28,385 nt of DNA, taken from the sequence record DRR723986_4017; one strand, 5' to 3'. Positions 27,402 to 28,385 of this stretch are shown piece after piece (the stretch's first letter is position 1; each line of letters starts with the position of its first letter). The translations under genes and the position numbers were made by a program. The notes under the pieces are model-generated. The model was not told the origin of the DNA, did no database searches, and was given only the letters and a program-made list of their open reading frames with translations.

Positions 27402-28250
27402 ATGAAAAAAATAGCCTTTCTGGCTGTGATGCTGCTTGGCAGCTTTGCAGCATCAGGGAACGATTCCCAAACCGAAGATATCACTTTTAATAGCCACAAA
27501 ACGCCGCTTGCCGGTTCAATTGTATTTCCGGAAACGGACACAATCCACGCAGCCGTGGTTTTTGTGCATGGCTCTGGGCCGCAAACCCGGCCCCTACACT
27601 GGGCAGAACGGTTCGCGGACCACGGCATCGCCGCACTGGTTTATGACAAACGCGGCGTCGGCGCATCAGGCGGCGATTATGAAGGCAAACAGTCTGTTAC
27701 CGAAAAAAACATAAAGCTGCTTGCGGACGATGCCATTGCAGCGCTTGAGGTTTTGCGCACTCACCCGCGTCTTGCAGGCGTTCCGCTTGGGTTTACGGGC
27801 ATTAGCCAGGCAGGCTGGATCGTACCGGTTGCAGCGGAAAAAGTAAAAGACGTTGACTTTATGGTGCTGTGGAGCGGCCCGGTTAGCAAAGTGAGCGAAG
27901 AAGATATCTACAGCAAATACACCCGTGACAAAGACGGGGAGCGTGTGCCCAGCTACCAGGAAGCACTGGATGCCCGACTGTTACCCTATATATGGCCAAG
28001 CTATTTGGGCAAAGACTCGAACCCCAGTGACAACCTTAAAACGCTGGACATACCCGGCCTGTGGGTTTTCGGGGAACGAGATGGAAGTGTACCGGTAGAC
28101 TTATCCATAGAGCGATTGAATGTACTGATAGACGCTGGGCACGCCTATGAATATGCGCTGATGTCCAGCCTTGGGCACAATAACATGGGGGAAACCTTCA
28201 GCTATGTTACCGATTGGATCAAGCGCACATCAGCGACATCGTCTAGATAA
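27402..28250 (+). CDS. Secreted alpha/beta hydrolase
   Basis: Signal peptide MKKIAFLAVMLLGSFAASG; HGSGP oxyanion motif, YDKRGVG, nucleophile elbow GISQAG, Asp in GERDGSVP, His in LGHN. Confidence 0.92.
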   Translation: MKKIAFLAVMLLGSFAASGNDSQTEDITFNSHKTPLAGSIVFPETDTIHAAVVFVHGSGPQTRPLHWAERFADHGIAALVYDKRGVGASGGDYEGKQSVTEKNIKLLADDAIAALEVLRTHPRLAGVPLGFTGISQAGWIVPVAAEKVKDVDFMVLWSGPVSKVSEEDIYSKYTRDKDGERVPSYQEALDARLLPYIWPSYLGKDSNPSDNLKTLDIPGLWVFGERDGSVPVDLSIERLNVLIDAGHAYEYALMSSLGHNNMGETFSYVTDWIKRTSATSSR

Positions 28251-28283
28251 GTTGGCGCGCGTTTAAAAAATGCGATTCACCGC

Positions 28284-28312
28284 TGGACACACCCCTTAAT
28301 ATTGGCTACAAG
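28284..28312 (+). promoter_or_regulatory. Candidate stable-RNA (RpoD) promoter for the tRNA
   Basis: TGGACA-N17-TACAAG (within GCTACA) followed by a GC-rich discriminator CCCCTTCGC. Confidence 0.45.
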
Positions 28313-28355
28313 CCCCTTCGCATCTCGGGTTACCCACCCGAAAATATTCAGATGT

Positions 28356-28385
28356 GCCCGGGTAGCTCAGGGGTAGAGCAGCGGA
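28356..28385 (+). tRNA. tRNA 5' part, truncated by the window end; probably tRNA-Phe
   Basis: GCCCGGGTAGCTCAGGGGTAGAGCAGCGGA gives the acceptor 5' strand, D-arm and anticodon-stem 5' strand. The anticodon lies outside the window; Phe is inferred from the sequence style and the usual yacG-tRNA-Phe order. Confidence 0.85.

Overview
Core-chromosome segment of an alphaproteobacterium (roughly 50% GC by eye; the gene order resembles Rhodospirillales/Kordiimonadales-type genomes, which is an inference). Left part: a truncated secreted protein and an unannotated 46-aa membrane microprotein, divergent from aroK-aroB-CNNM/CorC, then an orphan YtrA-type GntR. A minus-strand run follows: two DUF2807 (head-GIN) secreted proteins, a LigE-like GST, a GldA/GldF/GldG-like ABC system with DUF4340, and htpG. 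Next come DUF2794, a soluble PAS hybrid histidine kinase, a SnoaL-like protein and tRNA-Thr(GGT). Right part: the conserved small protein-dcd-murA-DUF2948-hisG-hisD-UPF0262-LMW phosphatase-infA-maf-RNase E/G-yacG-tRNA cluster, interrupted by an orphan flavin-dependent halogenase and a secreted alpha/beta hydrolase. I see no mobile element, CRISPR array or defence island, and I cannot demonstrate a new system from sequence alone. The best leads are: (i) a structured intergenic RNA candidate with two GUCCCCC anti-SD-like motifs (11791-11868); (ii) the uncharacterised Gld-like ABC-DUF4340 operon feeding into htpG; (iii) RpoH-like promoters at htpG, the DUF2807 pair and DUF2948-his; (iv) an RNase G-like protein lacking the Zn-link; (v) the orphan halogenase; (vi) the GntR with double palindromic operators.
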